A stretch of 55,391 bases of DNA, counting the filler, from Platydemus manokwari (taxonomy: Eukaryota), in the NCBI GenBank assembly GCA_037951405.1. It is 5 parts of 5 records of this genome, joined end to end, with 100 filler letters (N's around TTAATTAATTAA, not from the genome) between each part and the next. Parts side by side here need not be neighbours in the genome. Positions count along the whole stretch, not along the records: positions 9,789 to 21,436 come from JBBMOY010548885.1; positions 21,537 to 31,204 come from JBBMOY011220654.1; 3 more parts are not named here. One strand, 5' to 3'. Position 1 is the first letter of the stretch. The number at the start of each line of letters is the position of its first letter. Below are positions 14,101-27,393 of this stretch, in pieces. A model generated the notes under the pieces. The model ran no database searches and had not been told where the DNA came from. It worked only from the letters and a program-made list of their open reading frames with translations. Position numbers and translations under genes: made by a program.

Positions 14101-17100
14101 ATATTTCTTCGAGAATACCACGTTTACGATATTCCCAATCTAGAGCAAAAGCCGGACAATATGGATACATGTTAGTTGTAGCATATTTTTGGCAGAGGAC
14201 ATTGTAGCACATTAAAGTAAATGACACTGAATAGTTAGGATTAAATTTAAATATTCCAAATACAATATATAAAATGTTAACAATTGATTAAAGAAATTGT
14301 GTATACAGCACAATAAATTGATTTATTATTTAATGAAATGATAATATTAAAAAATAATCAATAATTTTAAATAAAATAATCAATAATTTTGATTAAAAAT
14401 GTTAATATTAAGAATATTACAAGTGTCAAGAATTGATTAAATAGATTATTGATCAAATATAATTATTTATATTAAAATAATATATAGATTTAATTAATAC
14501 AATATAAATATATTTCGTTGAAATCAATAATTTCCAATAAAAATATTGATTTAAAATAATCACATGTTATTATTGATTTCTTAAATACCAACGACAACAA
14601 TTTTTTTAAAAGAAATGAAAACATTAATGATTACTTCCATCAGAGGGTTCTTCAATGATGTGCCAATTACGACTCGGTGGAGCAACAATTTTATCTAAAT
14701 AAAACATGTTAAATTTAATAATAATTTTCGAAACTAAAAATGATTCAATAAAAAAAATAATGTATCGATTAAGAAATAATGGCTATACCGGCAATAACAT
14801 ACACATACATAGAAATAATAAAAAATAAAATGTTGCCGATAAAAAGAATCAACATAAAGAATTAATTAACCTAAAAAAATTAATATCTTATCTTCTACTC
14901 ACAATAGTTGAGGAATCTTTGAGGAATTAAACAAGTTTTCAACGAATCAAAGATATCATTGATACGTGATGACTGAATGGGTTCGGCAATAACGCAGGCT
15001 GATTTAGATATGAGATCGGAATATTCATTATAATTACAAACTTTACAAGAGCTGCAACTGTAATTATAATTTGAAAAATAACTAGGCGGTGTCTTTCGAC
15101 ATTCATAGCAAAAAGTTAAATTAGAGTGACAAAAGAAACACTTTTTAAGGCTATTCGGTATTAAAACTGATAAATAGGGTCTAAGAGAAAGGCTGGAAAA
15201 ATTATTGAGTGAGAAATTAGTGCTGCTATAATTTTGATTGATAAAGCTCTGTTGTTTTAGAGAAATAGAGTGTGATAAGGAATTTGTAAAATCGACTGAT
15301 GAATATGATGTAGAATAATGTCGCGATGAAATTCCTGACAACTTTTCTACCTGGAATGTTACATTTTTACAATTGGTCAAATCAACACTAATCCCATTAC
15401 AGAAAGCCGACTCTGAACTATCGTTGTCAATAGGATTCGAAAATTCAAATGTAAAAGACAATCTCTCTGAAGAATACGATGAAACTCTTTCTGGCATCTT
15501 AGGCTCTGAACCTTCACTAGCTGACTTCACTCGAATTCTATCTGATTTAATGTTGATATCTTCTTCACCAAATCGAGATTCCAACACTGCATCAGTAGAT
15601 TGAATTCTTTGACGTTTTAAATAATTGCACACTGGACACTTATCTTTTTCATAATTGATCTTCTCTACTCTTTGGTTCGGTATATAATGAAATAAAGTGT
15701 GCAATCCCGAATTCGAATTTTGTACATCATTTGAAATCGATTCTTTATCCAGTGACTTTGCTAATTGATTTACAACTTCTGTCATTGTTGTTTCTTTTTC
15801 CAGAGAAGATGTGGAAAATTCTTTGTTCGATTTTGAGTTTTCATTATTTGCTTCAATCTTTGCTAGAGAATTATTTTTAGAATTTTTCCTAAAAGATTTG
15901 ACAGAATTCTGATTGTAATTTGCGAGTTTCAATTTCCGACCCTTTGATGAATTTTTCAATGTAAAAATATCCAATTCATTTGTATTGGAATAATGAGAAG
16001 TTCCGTTCTTGAGTTTTCTGTTGTTTCTCATTTAGTGAAATAAAACGTTCCGATTAGCACGAAATTCAAATTATAAGTAATGCAATTCAGTTTGCTTTCG
16101 GAGAATTGATAATTAAGAAATACCCAAATGTTATAAATTAAAATTAGTTGCTAGAAGAAATTACAGAAATTCAGAGAAGAAAATCAGCTATATAAAGGAC
16201 AGAAAAATCTCAATTTGTATAGTTAAAAACTGTCCAATAGCGACACAGTAATCGTCAATCAATATTCACAAAGACATTATCTGAAGCCTATTAGTTGATG
16301 TTATCATGAGTCACAATTAGTAGTATTTGCTGCCTTCTCAAAATTATAACAAAGGCATTAGTAATCAAATATGAATGGAGCACAATACAGAATGAATAAT
16401 TAATTTATTTATTGTAAAATTCAACAAGCGCGTTACTGAAGTGCTTCATTGTTAAAATATTTGACTATAAAAATACATTGATTCCTTCAAGTTTTTACAC
16501 ATATTTTTTTTTATTTATTCAGCATCATTACCGAAACCGTGCGCATCACAAATAAATGAGATCCATTATAAAAACAGATCGAAAAATACGAAGAAAATTG
16601 CTATAAAATTCCTGAAAAACAAGACGGGACTATTCATCAGTATCATGTATAGAGATGTGAGTAAATATTTATGAATACATACACGCACACCCAGACACAG
16701 TCGCATACAAACACACGCATGAATCCACAAATTCTCTGTAACACAAAAATACTCGATAAAACTGTAGCGTGATTACACACCCCCGCTGAAAATCATGGTT
16801 GAAAGAAATATTCAATTTTCCGTTTCTTATTCATATTAACACGTGTTTCAATCAAACCGCAAATGAGTCACAACCCTTTGTTATCAATATCCCTCATCAA
16901 CATTTTCAAGTGCTCACTCATACAATGAAAAATAACTTACTTTTGATATAATATTGTTCCAGCAGTTGTCGAATCATATTTTTACCATTAGATTCGAGGT
17001 CATATATTTGAGCCGTAAGATTGGTCAGTGGATTGCTGCGTAAATCTAAATTGTGAGAAAAAATTGCACTTTAATTAATTCTCAGAGGTGGAGTGAAATG

Positions 17101-20100
17101 TGATAGCGATAGAATTTTCAAAAGAATCGCAATGAATAAAGTTCAATAGAATGTCAGATAATTGAAGAATAGTTATTTTAGTTTTGTTCGATAAATTTCA
17201 TTCATTAACGCCATTCATGTTTGAAGCATTATAAAAGCGTTATTCAAATGATAAGTGATTATTGAATTTATTAATAGAAACCGACAATCAAATAAATATG
17301 CTAATGGAAATAATCAGAAATAGAGATCAGAATTTATTAAACAAATTCAGAATAAATCATTATTATCGTATTAACCCTCATATTGGGTACTAAATTTGAC
17401 AAAATGACATAAATCAGACAAATTAAATGAATTAAAAAAATATCGTTAATAAAATTTTAATATTTCATAAAAATCATCCTTTTTATTATACATATCATGT
17501 TAATTTTTTTCGTTATCTAAATATCTTACAAGATTCATTTACTGTTAATAGCAATCAATTGAAAACATTTACAATCTCATAACAAGTATGATCGAAATTC
17601 AATTTTATGCTGCTTTAACAAATCATATGATTGTTAATCAAGATTATATGAAAAATAGAAGATGATTTACTAGAACTGGTTATGTAGATCGCAGAAAAAT
17701 ATTAATGCTAACTGTGAATCAATCGACAATATCCAAATGGCAACTGATATAAGAGAACAGCAATAATATGGGGAGCATAATGTTTAAATCAAAATCATCA
17801 AATTAAACTGATCAATAAAGGGAGATATTGTAAAAACTAATTATCATAATCACAAATGAATATCAAATCCAATTTTACTCATTTTTTTTCGTTTCATTAA
17901 AAATTTCTGTCAAATATCTAATAAAAATTCAGAAAATAATTTAAAACCATTTAATTCGAATTTTCTACAAATTTTTAATGACATTTAGAATAGAAAAATT
18001 GAACACGGGTTTGAAAAAATTGAATTAATTATCAAATCAACAAAATTAGACGGTTATTATTGTGAGAATTTATTGTTTGTTTTTACAATATCATTTATTT
18101 TTATTAAATAAATTACTTTTAACAGCAAATAATGATAATATTTTATATAAATAATAATAATAATATTAATGCACATTATTTTATATATGAAAATATACAT
18201 AAAATCGATCAAGAAATAATGATAAAAGTGAAAAATATTTTCTCATTTTTAAATGATATTTCATAAACAATCAATAACAGTAATTTTAGCAATTAATCAA
18301 TCAATTATAACAACTTCCCGTTAATTTTCATAACGAAACTAATTTTCAATCGAACAAATGATTCTTAAAGAAGGATAACTTAAGAAATTAATGGTGAACT
18401 AATATTTCCATTGATCGTAAAAGCGGATAGATCTTATGAATGTGAAAAGCTATGGGATAAATTGAATGATGGGAATCATTTAACAGAACTAATCCATTGA
18501 TATGAAAAAATAATTCCATTTTAATGAAGATGAAAGAAATAATGAATCTGTAAAAATCTAAAATAATAATAATAATTCCAAAGAAATATTTTTTACCATA
18601 AAAATGAATTGATTATATCAAGAAGAATAAATTCATGCAAATCGTCCGAATATACACAGAAGATCGGATTTGTAGTGATGGCTGGGTGGGTTGCAGAGAG
18701 ATTAAAAAGGAAATTATTTATCCGAATATATAAATCTCGATTAAGAAAAGAGAAATATCAATTTCAAATCCAAAAATAAACAAATTTATTACCAGAAAAA
18801 CAAACAATTATACAACAAAAATAAGATAAATTTCATTTATTCCATAATGTTTAATCAAGAGAAATTATCTCAGTTGATTTTTTAAACAGAATAATTTTTC
18901 ATTGGGATAAAATGTATTGGTTTTGGGAAAGTTTGTTGATTAACATCAATTTAGAGCCTTTCATCAGCATATCGATTTAATAGAGATAAATATAATAAAT
19001 GGCATCAAACAATAAAATTGGTAAAAATTAGAATGATTCATATAAATATGATGAAAGAGAAAATGAAAAAAAATAATAAATGATAGAGAAATGTTATCAA
19101 TATTAATGAATTAAATTAAACTTGAGAAACATATCGATTTTCTACATGAAAATATCAAAAATAATCAATTTTATTATAAAAAACAATCATTATTTTTAGA
19201 CTGATGATATAAAGAAAGAAAATTAAAGAATCCTTCAAGAAATGAGCACATATATGGGAATAGAATAGATTTAAAAGGGAAAATTTTTAATCAAAAGTAG
19301 AAAAATGGTTTAATATTGAAAAATAATATCGATTTTTCTACAAAAAAGTAATCAACATAAATGAAACCAATAAAGAAAACTGCAATGCAGTAAAAAGAAT
19401 TTCACAACAAAAAACACTGTCGATATATGGGAAACAGATTTGACAAAATTCGTAATTGATTTATTCAAAACATGTCGATGTGTAGGTGGCGGGTGAATGA
19501 GAGGAGAATGAAAGAGATTAAGATGGGAAAAAATTAATCCAAATGATATCATTCACTTTCACTCATAAACATAAAATATATAAAAGAATTAATTATGTTT
19601 GAGAGAAGGATTTTAACAAGATTATCCCAGTAACACAAAAAAATAATTAAATATTAATAAAAACAACAAAAAATCGATAGAAAATAACAATTTATTAGAG
19701 GGCCCCTACAGAAAAATATTAGAAAGCAGCTTGTACAAACCATGTGATCAATGTGGTGATAAGCAGGGGGGGTCAGGTTGGATTTGAAATGGGAAATATT
19801 TATCAAAACAAATTACAAAAACAACCCAAAAATTCATTGAAAATCCAAAATAAACAAATTAATTAACGGAAAATTAAACAATTCGCCCCACCAAAATAGA
19901 GATGATTTCATAAATAATAATACGGTTAGACAATTTGAATGAAAATTTCCCATTAATATATCAACATTATTGAATAAAATACGATATTCACTGTTTATAA
20001 TATCTCGAAATAATAATAATAAATTTAATTAATGTTTTTAATTGAAAGAAATCCCAAAATTTCCCCCATCGGGGGAACACATTTGCATGCAATCCTATAA

Positions 20101-20884
20101 TATCAAAACCACACAAATTTCTCCCCCATTTTTTTTTCTGAAATCGAAAAACAAAAACTATATCCACGAGTAAAGGAGATGGAAATGAAAATTTTGTGTA
20201 CGTGTGCAAAAATATATCAATTTGATAAGATGATATTTTATCGATAATAACCAGCTGTGCTATGAGATTGAATGACAATTACTGACAATTAAATCGATTG
20301 ATTTCACAACAAAAATCACTTAATTTCATTATTGAATTAATTAAATGTTAAAATTAAATTGAACTTTTTTTTAAAAAATTAAATTAATGAAATCAATAAG
20401 CACAAAGCAAATGAATATTTAAAATTACCCAGCATTTTAACGTTGTGAAGAAATCCAAACGTACACGGAACTTCTTTGATCTTGTTATTAGATAGTAGAA
20501 TATTTCTCAATTCAAACATATAACCCATCTGAACGGGAAGCGATGAAATATTATTATAACTTGCATCAAGATTTTTTAAATTTTCCAGTTTACAAATTTC
20601 TTGCGGTAAAGAATCAAATAAGTTATTCTTGAGAACTAATGTTGTGATAAATGTATGAGAACAGATTTTGATTGGAAGAGTTTTCAAATAACCTGAAATA
20701 CATACATATATAATGGTCTTATTATTTTTAATAAAAACCATGTACCAGTCAATTGTAAACGAAACCAATCGCTAGTTTTCCCCTTCTCGATTTCTTCCTT
20801 AGTCATTGCTCGACTAGGCATATTAAATTCTGCTGACCCATATGCGCTTTGTTTTCGTGTAGATGAAATATATTCACTTGACAT
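11154..20884 (-). CDS. CNOT6: CCR4/CNOT6-type deadenylase (LRR + EEP nuclease), 594 aa, 10 exons: 20884-20746, 20692-20429, 17045-16941, 14694-14635, 14226-14069, 13390-13236, 12425-12283, 12227-12064, 12013-11769, 11505-11154
   Basis: All junctions are GT-AG and in frame (total 1785 nt). LRR repeats are followed by EEP motifs CYNVLC.KYAT..MY.YCP..AL.WEYRK, ADIICLQE, DGCAIFWK, HIHWDPEYSDVKL, CGDLNSLPDSGV, FRGIIDYIF and SDH. Confidence 0.96.
14903..16031 (-). CDS. Putative alternative first coding exon of CCR4 (376 codons + 1 nt; Ser/Asn-rich with Cys clusters)
   Basis: Long ORF on the same strand inside CCR4 intron 3. An in-frame TAA directly precedes the ATG. A GTGAGT donor at 14902-14897 is phase 1, matching the phase-1 acceptor of exon 4 (14694). 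Confidence 0.7.
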
Positions 20885-21436
20885 CTAAATTTTAAAAAAT
20901 TTTATTTTAAATCTATTCGTCGAATTGTTTATTACTCAAATGATTATAAATATAACTATTACTTAAAAATTGCTATAAAAATTGCTTTAATAATATGGAG
21001 TTATTTTAATAAAAGCAGAGGTTGACAAATAATTTAACAATAGGAATCAAAAATACTACAAAATTAAAACAAATTTGTAAATGACACAAGGTCACAAATT
21101 TAAAGAAATTCGAATGAAATGCGATGATTTCATTAAATATTTTAATTGGTTTTCGCAATCAATTTTCTATTTTTTAAAATTGTCTATAAGAATATGATTT
21201 ACTAAATTTAGTTTATTTTCAAAAATATTAAAAATGACTATTTACTTTACTCTACTTTCTTATAAATTTCGCTTTTAGTTCATTTAAATTTGCGTTCCTT
21301 TAAAAGTACCAAAATAGATGTAAGCATAAAAAATTGAAAATAATAAAAAATTATGCGAAAATGTTAATATTTCATATAAGAATTTGTTTAATAATTAAAT
21401 TAATTTAGAAAATTACTTACAAAATTAATAATATTG

Positions 21437-21536
21437 NNNNNNNNNNNNNNNNNNNNNNNNNNNNNNNNNNNNNNNNNNNNTTAATTAATTAANNNNNNNN
21501 NNNNNNNNNNNNNNNNNNNNNNNNNNNNNNNNNNNN
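21437..21536. other. Artificial contig linker
   Basis: 44N-TTAATTAATTAA-44N. Confidence 0.99.
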
Positions 21537-22730
21537 CTCATTGATTTAATTTCTTTATCATCTTCTTTATATCTTTTATTATAGAAATATGATAGTTTTC
21601 TATCTTGCTCAGATCATAGTCCTCATTTTATATACTATATATTTCATGTGTTATTTTTATAAAATTATCTTAAAAAATTGTATTATCTTTATTTATTTGT
21701 TTTATCGCAATACAAGAATTCATGGCACATTGAGTTTCGATCTTTTGAATACATAAATAGTTAAACAGACATGATCACTGACCAATTAGAATCAATATAG
21801 AACGAAGATTTCAATTTAACAAAATACATGACTACACGATGACACGAGGATAGACTAATCCAAGCTGACATAAATCGATAACACTAATCATGACATTGGA
21901 AATCAAAACTTCGAATAGAAGTTTACCATGCTCTATATTAACTATAAGTATAGCAAACAAACACTACCATTAGAAACCAGAGTATTTGAATTGTAAAAGT
22001 GCTGAACAGTACTTACAATTTGGTCAGTAAATATTTGTATCAAACTTTCGCTCAATATTCAATGATTTTAACCATTTAAAATCACTTTTATCCGTATTGT
22101 TGTGATATAATTTTGATTTAATAAAATAAGTACTTTTAATAATTTATTCAGGTTTTTATCATTATATTGGAATATCTCTTAACAGAACACATACATAAGA
22201 ATTGACCAATCCCGATCACATAAAATCAATAAATCCAATTGGAATTTGAGAAACAAAATATCAAATCATAAAGTGGTACACTAATTACCCACAAATCTCA
22301 AGCATAAATACTGATTAAAGATGGCTAACTGCCATGTGGAAGCCGAGTAATATGATATTTTTGTATATGATTTGTGGAGTATTTTTGATGGATTTTGGAG
22401 TTATTGATAAATGTACTGACTAACACTAATTAGTAAAAGAAAAATACTTTGCAACCTTCAATTCTTCAGGATCAAAACAGTATCTATTATTCATTTTAAA
22501 TCACCGATCTACCGAGAACAACCTTCTATCTGTTTAGAGTCAATGATGTGAAAGATCTAAAAAACCTCCTAATAATAAACCTTAATTAGTCAAGAGTTCA
22601 GAGTTTAATAATAGAACATTTGATTATTAGCTTATCATGTCCACACAAATCTAAATAATATCAATAATAAGTTGTTTCCTTTTAAATAATTTTTCCACTT
22701 TTGGATGAAACCATTTCTAATAATAACTCG

Positions 22731-22756
22731 CACACACACAAACACACACACACACA
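22731..22756. repeat. Interrupted (CA)n microsatellite
   Basis: CACACACACAAACACACACACACACA. Confidence 0.9.
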
Positions 22757-22916
22757 AATCGTAGTAACTTACAAGTAACTCATCAACTTTCCCAATTATT
22801 GTTCGAAATAATGTTCTAATCGAAATAGTGTTCTAACCACGATCAATATAACATCTCCAAAGCCAGGAAATATTAGGAAGATTTCATAATAAGTGAATGA
22901 TAAAAATAAATATTTA

Positions 22917-23001
22917 TTATTCATATAAGAAGCGGACTGCTTGTGAGTGGACTACTTGTTGGAATTGTTCAAGGTCCATTCCATAATAATCCTGACCAGC
23001 G
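22917..23001 (-). CDS. Putative alternative terminal exon of the RanBP3-like gene (AGQDYYGMDLEQFQQVVHSQAVRFLYE*)
   Basis: Acceptor TTGTTCCATCAG is phase 2, matching a TC|GTAGAG donor at 23791 that overlaps the stop of the long exon. AATAAA overlaps the new stop, and the segment is less AT-rich than its flanks. Confidence 0.5.
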
Positions 23002-23787
23002 CTGATGGAACAAACAGACACTTATGATCAAAACACAAGTCTTAATAAGAAATAATGACTTATATTGTAAACATAATGGAGATAGTAATCTCTGTTGCAA
23101 CTGCCACTGTGCACTAAATGAGTAAAACATGTTCAAACTTTAAGAAAACTAAAAATCAAACCCAAAAAATCCATCAAGTTCGATTTGAAAACAAATTAAA
23201 AGAAAATATATCACGCAATACAATAAAGAAATTTGTCTGTTTTTAATTGGAAAATAATGTGGAAACACAATTTAATAAAAGTTATATGAAAACAATTATA
23301 TAACTGATTTCATTTTTTCAGAAGCCAAGCAACAATTTTTGTTTATCATTTAAATTAACCAATCACAATCAAATAAACAACTAAAATCGGTGTGCCAAAT
23401 TGTCATCAATCGATGGGATTATATTATTTCAAATATTCTGTCAATGTGCAATCTAGAATTTCATTTATTTCCAACAAGAAAATCAAATTAAGAAATCTTT
23501 TCTCATATCAGTACATTTGCCAACAATCACATGTGACATTCGTGCAGTTCATAAGTAGGAATATGAAATTATCGAGAAATCTTTATTTTATTCGGCCACG
23601 TTTCGTTATCGTCACAAAACAATCACCAAAAATATATATATTTATTTCAAAAAATACAATCCAACGAAGTTTTGTTTTACCGCAGTCAACAATGAAAATG
23701 AGACATTTGCAGATTTGATAACAAAAATAAATCAATATCATTTATTATATTTTAGCTGTACAATTTTAAAAATTTGTCCAAAAATCT

Positions 23788-24890
23788 CTACGAATCATCT
23801 TGTGTTTTATCGCCATTATCTTTTGTTTCGATTACACGTTTTTTCACATCAATTGGCCCGTCTTCGCTGTCATCTGAATCGAGTATTTCTCTTTTCCGAT
23901 CGACATTCCTACCGGCACTAATAGTTGATGTTTCTTTCGCCAAGCGGGTTTTTCTATTCAGCAATGCAAAATAAATCATATCAGCATCAGTGGCATTTTG
24001 CATAGTTAACAAATACGATTTTATGCCTTCTTCACTCTGAGCTGTAATACGGACAGCTTTAATACTAGCTCTAGCCAAACCCATATCTGACCATATCAAT
24101 GTGTTTACGAGAACTTTCAATCCTCCTTTGGACCGAACAACCAAGCGAGATTTGATTTTTGAACTCTTTTCATCGGTCATATCGTTCAAATGGACATTGC
24201 AAAAGCCTTTTTCCACCCATTCATTTTTTTCTGAATTGAAGAGAAATAGTTTGCACAATGTTTTCAATACATTCGTTTCTTCTTCTTCTCCAGTTATGAT
24301 TTCTGCTTCTTCGTATTGCTGAGTGATGATTTGTTTCTGGGAAAGTTCGTTAGCACTTTTCCGTAAGGCATCATTATCCGAATTTTGTTTGGAATCTTCT
24401 TCATTGTTATTACACACTAAATCCTTGAATTCTTTCGCTGATTCTTCTTCATTGGGTTTAGATGAATCGTGCTTAACGACACGGGAGAAAATATTTTCAC
24501 CGAATACAAATCCACTCGATTCACTGACTTCTTTCTTGTCAGCTTGTTGGTCTGAAGTTTGTACATGAGATAAGTCTTTGGGATTATCACCGAGAACTAA
24601 GAATTTGTTCGAAGGGGCATTACTGCTAGCACTAACAGCAGCTTTATCTGTTCGAATCTGTTCGGCTTTTTGAGTTAATAATGAAGGCTTAAGCATAAAC
24701 ATGGACTTTTTCATTGTAGTTTTATTTTGAAGAGATTTATAATTTTTTGCATCTTCCGGAGTATCGTGAAAGCTTGGGTTTGCTAAAAATGTTATTCAAA
24801 TATTAATTAATTTAAAATCTTACTTTGTTCATGAATAATAGTGTCATCCTTTCTGATACTTTCCGATTTGGAAATATTAACATCGGCCAT
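23788..24890 (-). CDS. RANBP3: RanBP3-like Ran-binding protein, 353 aa; join(complement 24824..24890, 23788..24782)
   Basis: A 41-nt intron extends the ORF to an ATG at 24890. An FVFGEN motif precedes a Ran-binding domain (ITGEEEETNVL...CKLFLF...EWVEKG...LNDM...SRLVVRSKGGLKVLVNTLIW). Confidence 0.88.
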
Positions 24891-25669
24891 TTTAAAAAGT
24901 TTAGGTAAATTTGTAATAATATGTTAATGTTTTAAACTAACTTTTAAAATAATAGAAATTTAAACTTATATAAACAACTTTCACGTAATAGCAATTCAAA
25001 GAATTCAATGTTTAATAATTTTTTTTAATTTAATAAAAAATAATATATATTAATTGTATTTTTTTAAATATTTTTTTAATTGACTAGTTCAGTTAAAACT
25101 GATGGATTAAATATGAGAAAAAATGTGACTGAGCTTTGAAAGATAATTTGAATTTTATATGCATCTCTTTGAAAAGAATGAAAATTAATGCATAAATTAT
25201 ATTAAATTGAAAAAATAAATGTAGACAAAATTTTAATATTATAAAACCATATATGCAAAACACATTATTTTAAAATGAAAAGGTTATGAAAGGTAATTAA
25301 TATTGTTTATGGGTAAAGTTTCCGATTCATTTTATTATTGATGTTTATCATTTTAACAATTTTGCAACAGCAAAGTTTTCGTCCAGAAAATACATAATTA
25401 TTGGTGATGTCTGCACAATTGACTACATACCATCAAAAAAAGATAAAACTGCTACAATGTAGTGTTATTAAAAATTACTACTATATAGATATAGGTCATA
25501 TCATAACATTTGGAAGAAATATCAAATTTCAAGTGATAAACGAATAAAATAAAAAAAATGTTCAAATAGGTAGTCAAAAGGTCTAAATCATTAAATAAAT
25601 TGTCAAAATGTTCTATTTAAATTTGTTGTATGTACATGATTACATGATTCAGTCATAATTGATTGGTAT

Positions 25670-26700
25670 TGTTAGGGTCTCAAGGGGCTTAATTTTATTT
25701 CCGAGGTTCAGAAGGTTTAAGAGATTAGTAATGCCTGACTCCAGAAGGTAGAGTGACAAAATGATGTAAGCGATTTGAATTATAAATAAAATAAATGATA
25801 TAATAATATATATTTCTTCGAGAATAAATAATTAATTATATATAAAAAATTTAATAACAATGATTAATAATACTAAACAGATATATTATCCAACAAATAA
25901 CCAGGAGTTTTTTTATTAATTCGATAATTAATTAATTATTTTCTGTTGTCTGTCTAAGAGTTTATACGGTTCTTGAGTAGAGAGCGGAAAGGTTCTTTGA
26001 TTTATTATATATTGGGACCCAATAGTCCGGGAACTATAAGGATAATTCAATATTACTTTGGTTAAGGTTTAAAAAATCAATTAATGCTTGTTTAAGTTGG
26101 ACCCAAGACCCGATCTGTTTAATATATAAAAAGTCCTTGTGTACAATAAGTTGTTTTCTGCAAAGATCCCGATAATATCTCTGGACTGCAGTGTTTTGAC
26201 TGTTTTCTCCATTTTGTGTTTTGGTGAACTAGTTCGAACTGTGCTTCTTCATATCGCTTAGATCTGCCCACACAAACTCAATAAAGCTTTTTATCATGGG
26301 TTAGATGAGGCAATCGGTATAGGTAGTACGTTTGGTATATAGAGCTCTCTAAATTTCCTTCTTAAATTTAATCATACTCCATTTTGGCACGAATAGATTT
26401 CAATTGTGGTAATTATTTCTGAATTTCTTCATTATATTTCTTAATCGTGTGATTTCAGTTTTCTGGATAAGTACATCATTGTAGTTGTCCATTCGTTCTC
26501 GAATTGAAACCTACTAGCTTGTGTAGTTAATGTTGTTTGTATGCATGTTTCTGTCGTATTCCAACAATAGTAATTTCAGATTCATTTATCATTACTGTTA
26601 GTTGGTATCGTTTATGATAAATGTTTAACTGGTGGATCCGAAAAGACTAAGAAGAAGGCACATAAAAACCAATAAATCTTTGAGATTAAACCTAACGAGC
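25670..26700 (-). mobile_element. Degenerate LTR-retroelement-like remnant related to 53180-54800
   Basis: Shares CCTGAYTCCAGAAGGT (25734-25749 vs 53187-53202) and AACAAATAACCAGG (25892-25905 vs 53323-53336) in the same order. The minus strand ends ...CCCTAACA at 25670, an LTR-like terminus. Right boundary uncertain. Confidence 0.45.
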
Positions 26701-27393
26701 TAATTTATCGAGTTAATTTTACTATTTTAAATAAAAATTTTCTTTCTAAAGCTTCATGCCAAAACAATTTGTTGTTCTCACATAAAGGAAGGTCACGCGA
26801 CTTCTTAAAATTATTTTATTGCTTGCTCCATAATATTAAACGCTTAATAATTCCAAAATTTGTTTTCATTTGATTATATATTTATTGATAAATTTCCAGT
26901 TTCGGTGATTAATATAATGAAATGTGGTATCAGTAAGGATTAAGAAATCCTTTGAGTTTACACTATCAGTTGCCAAATATAACTCGCTAGATGATTTAAT
27001 AGATTTCCACTTCTGAGGCAATCGTAATTTGCGGGATCATATGTAATAATTTGTTATTTAAATATTTTGGTTACAGACTCTTAAACGAGAAACATGTCAA
27101 GGTATCACTCCAATAAATATATCGTTCAGATAATACAGTTATGTCATAGTTATTATCAATAATGACTCGGAAACAATAATGCTGTAATAATAATTTATTT
27201 AACATGAAAGATTTGCAAAAGAATAGTGTTCTGTAGGTCATAAAACAACCAACATATTCACGGAGACCATGGAAATAGCCTTCAAAAGGTTCATACACAA
27301 AGATTCGATAAGCAAACACACCAGTGGCCAATCAGATTCCTGCGATATCTTAATCAATATTTAGAATTCAATAATCAACTGGTGGACATCAAC

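Noticed and set aside
17370-17390. TTAACCCT piggyBac-like end in CCR4 intron 2
   Set aside because: No matching opposite end seen; expected by chance in AT-rich DNA.
23392-24568. Plus-strand ORFs overlapping the RanBP3-like gene (and similar antisense ORFs over Bora, Rae1, RMT2 and the CCR4 alternative exon)
   Set aside because: Antisense shadows of real coding exons or random UTR ORFs.
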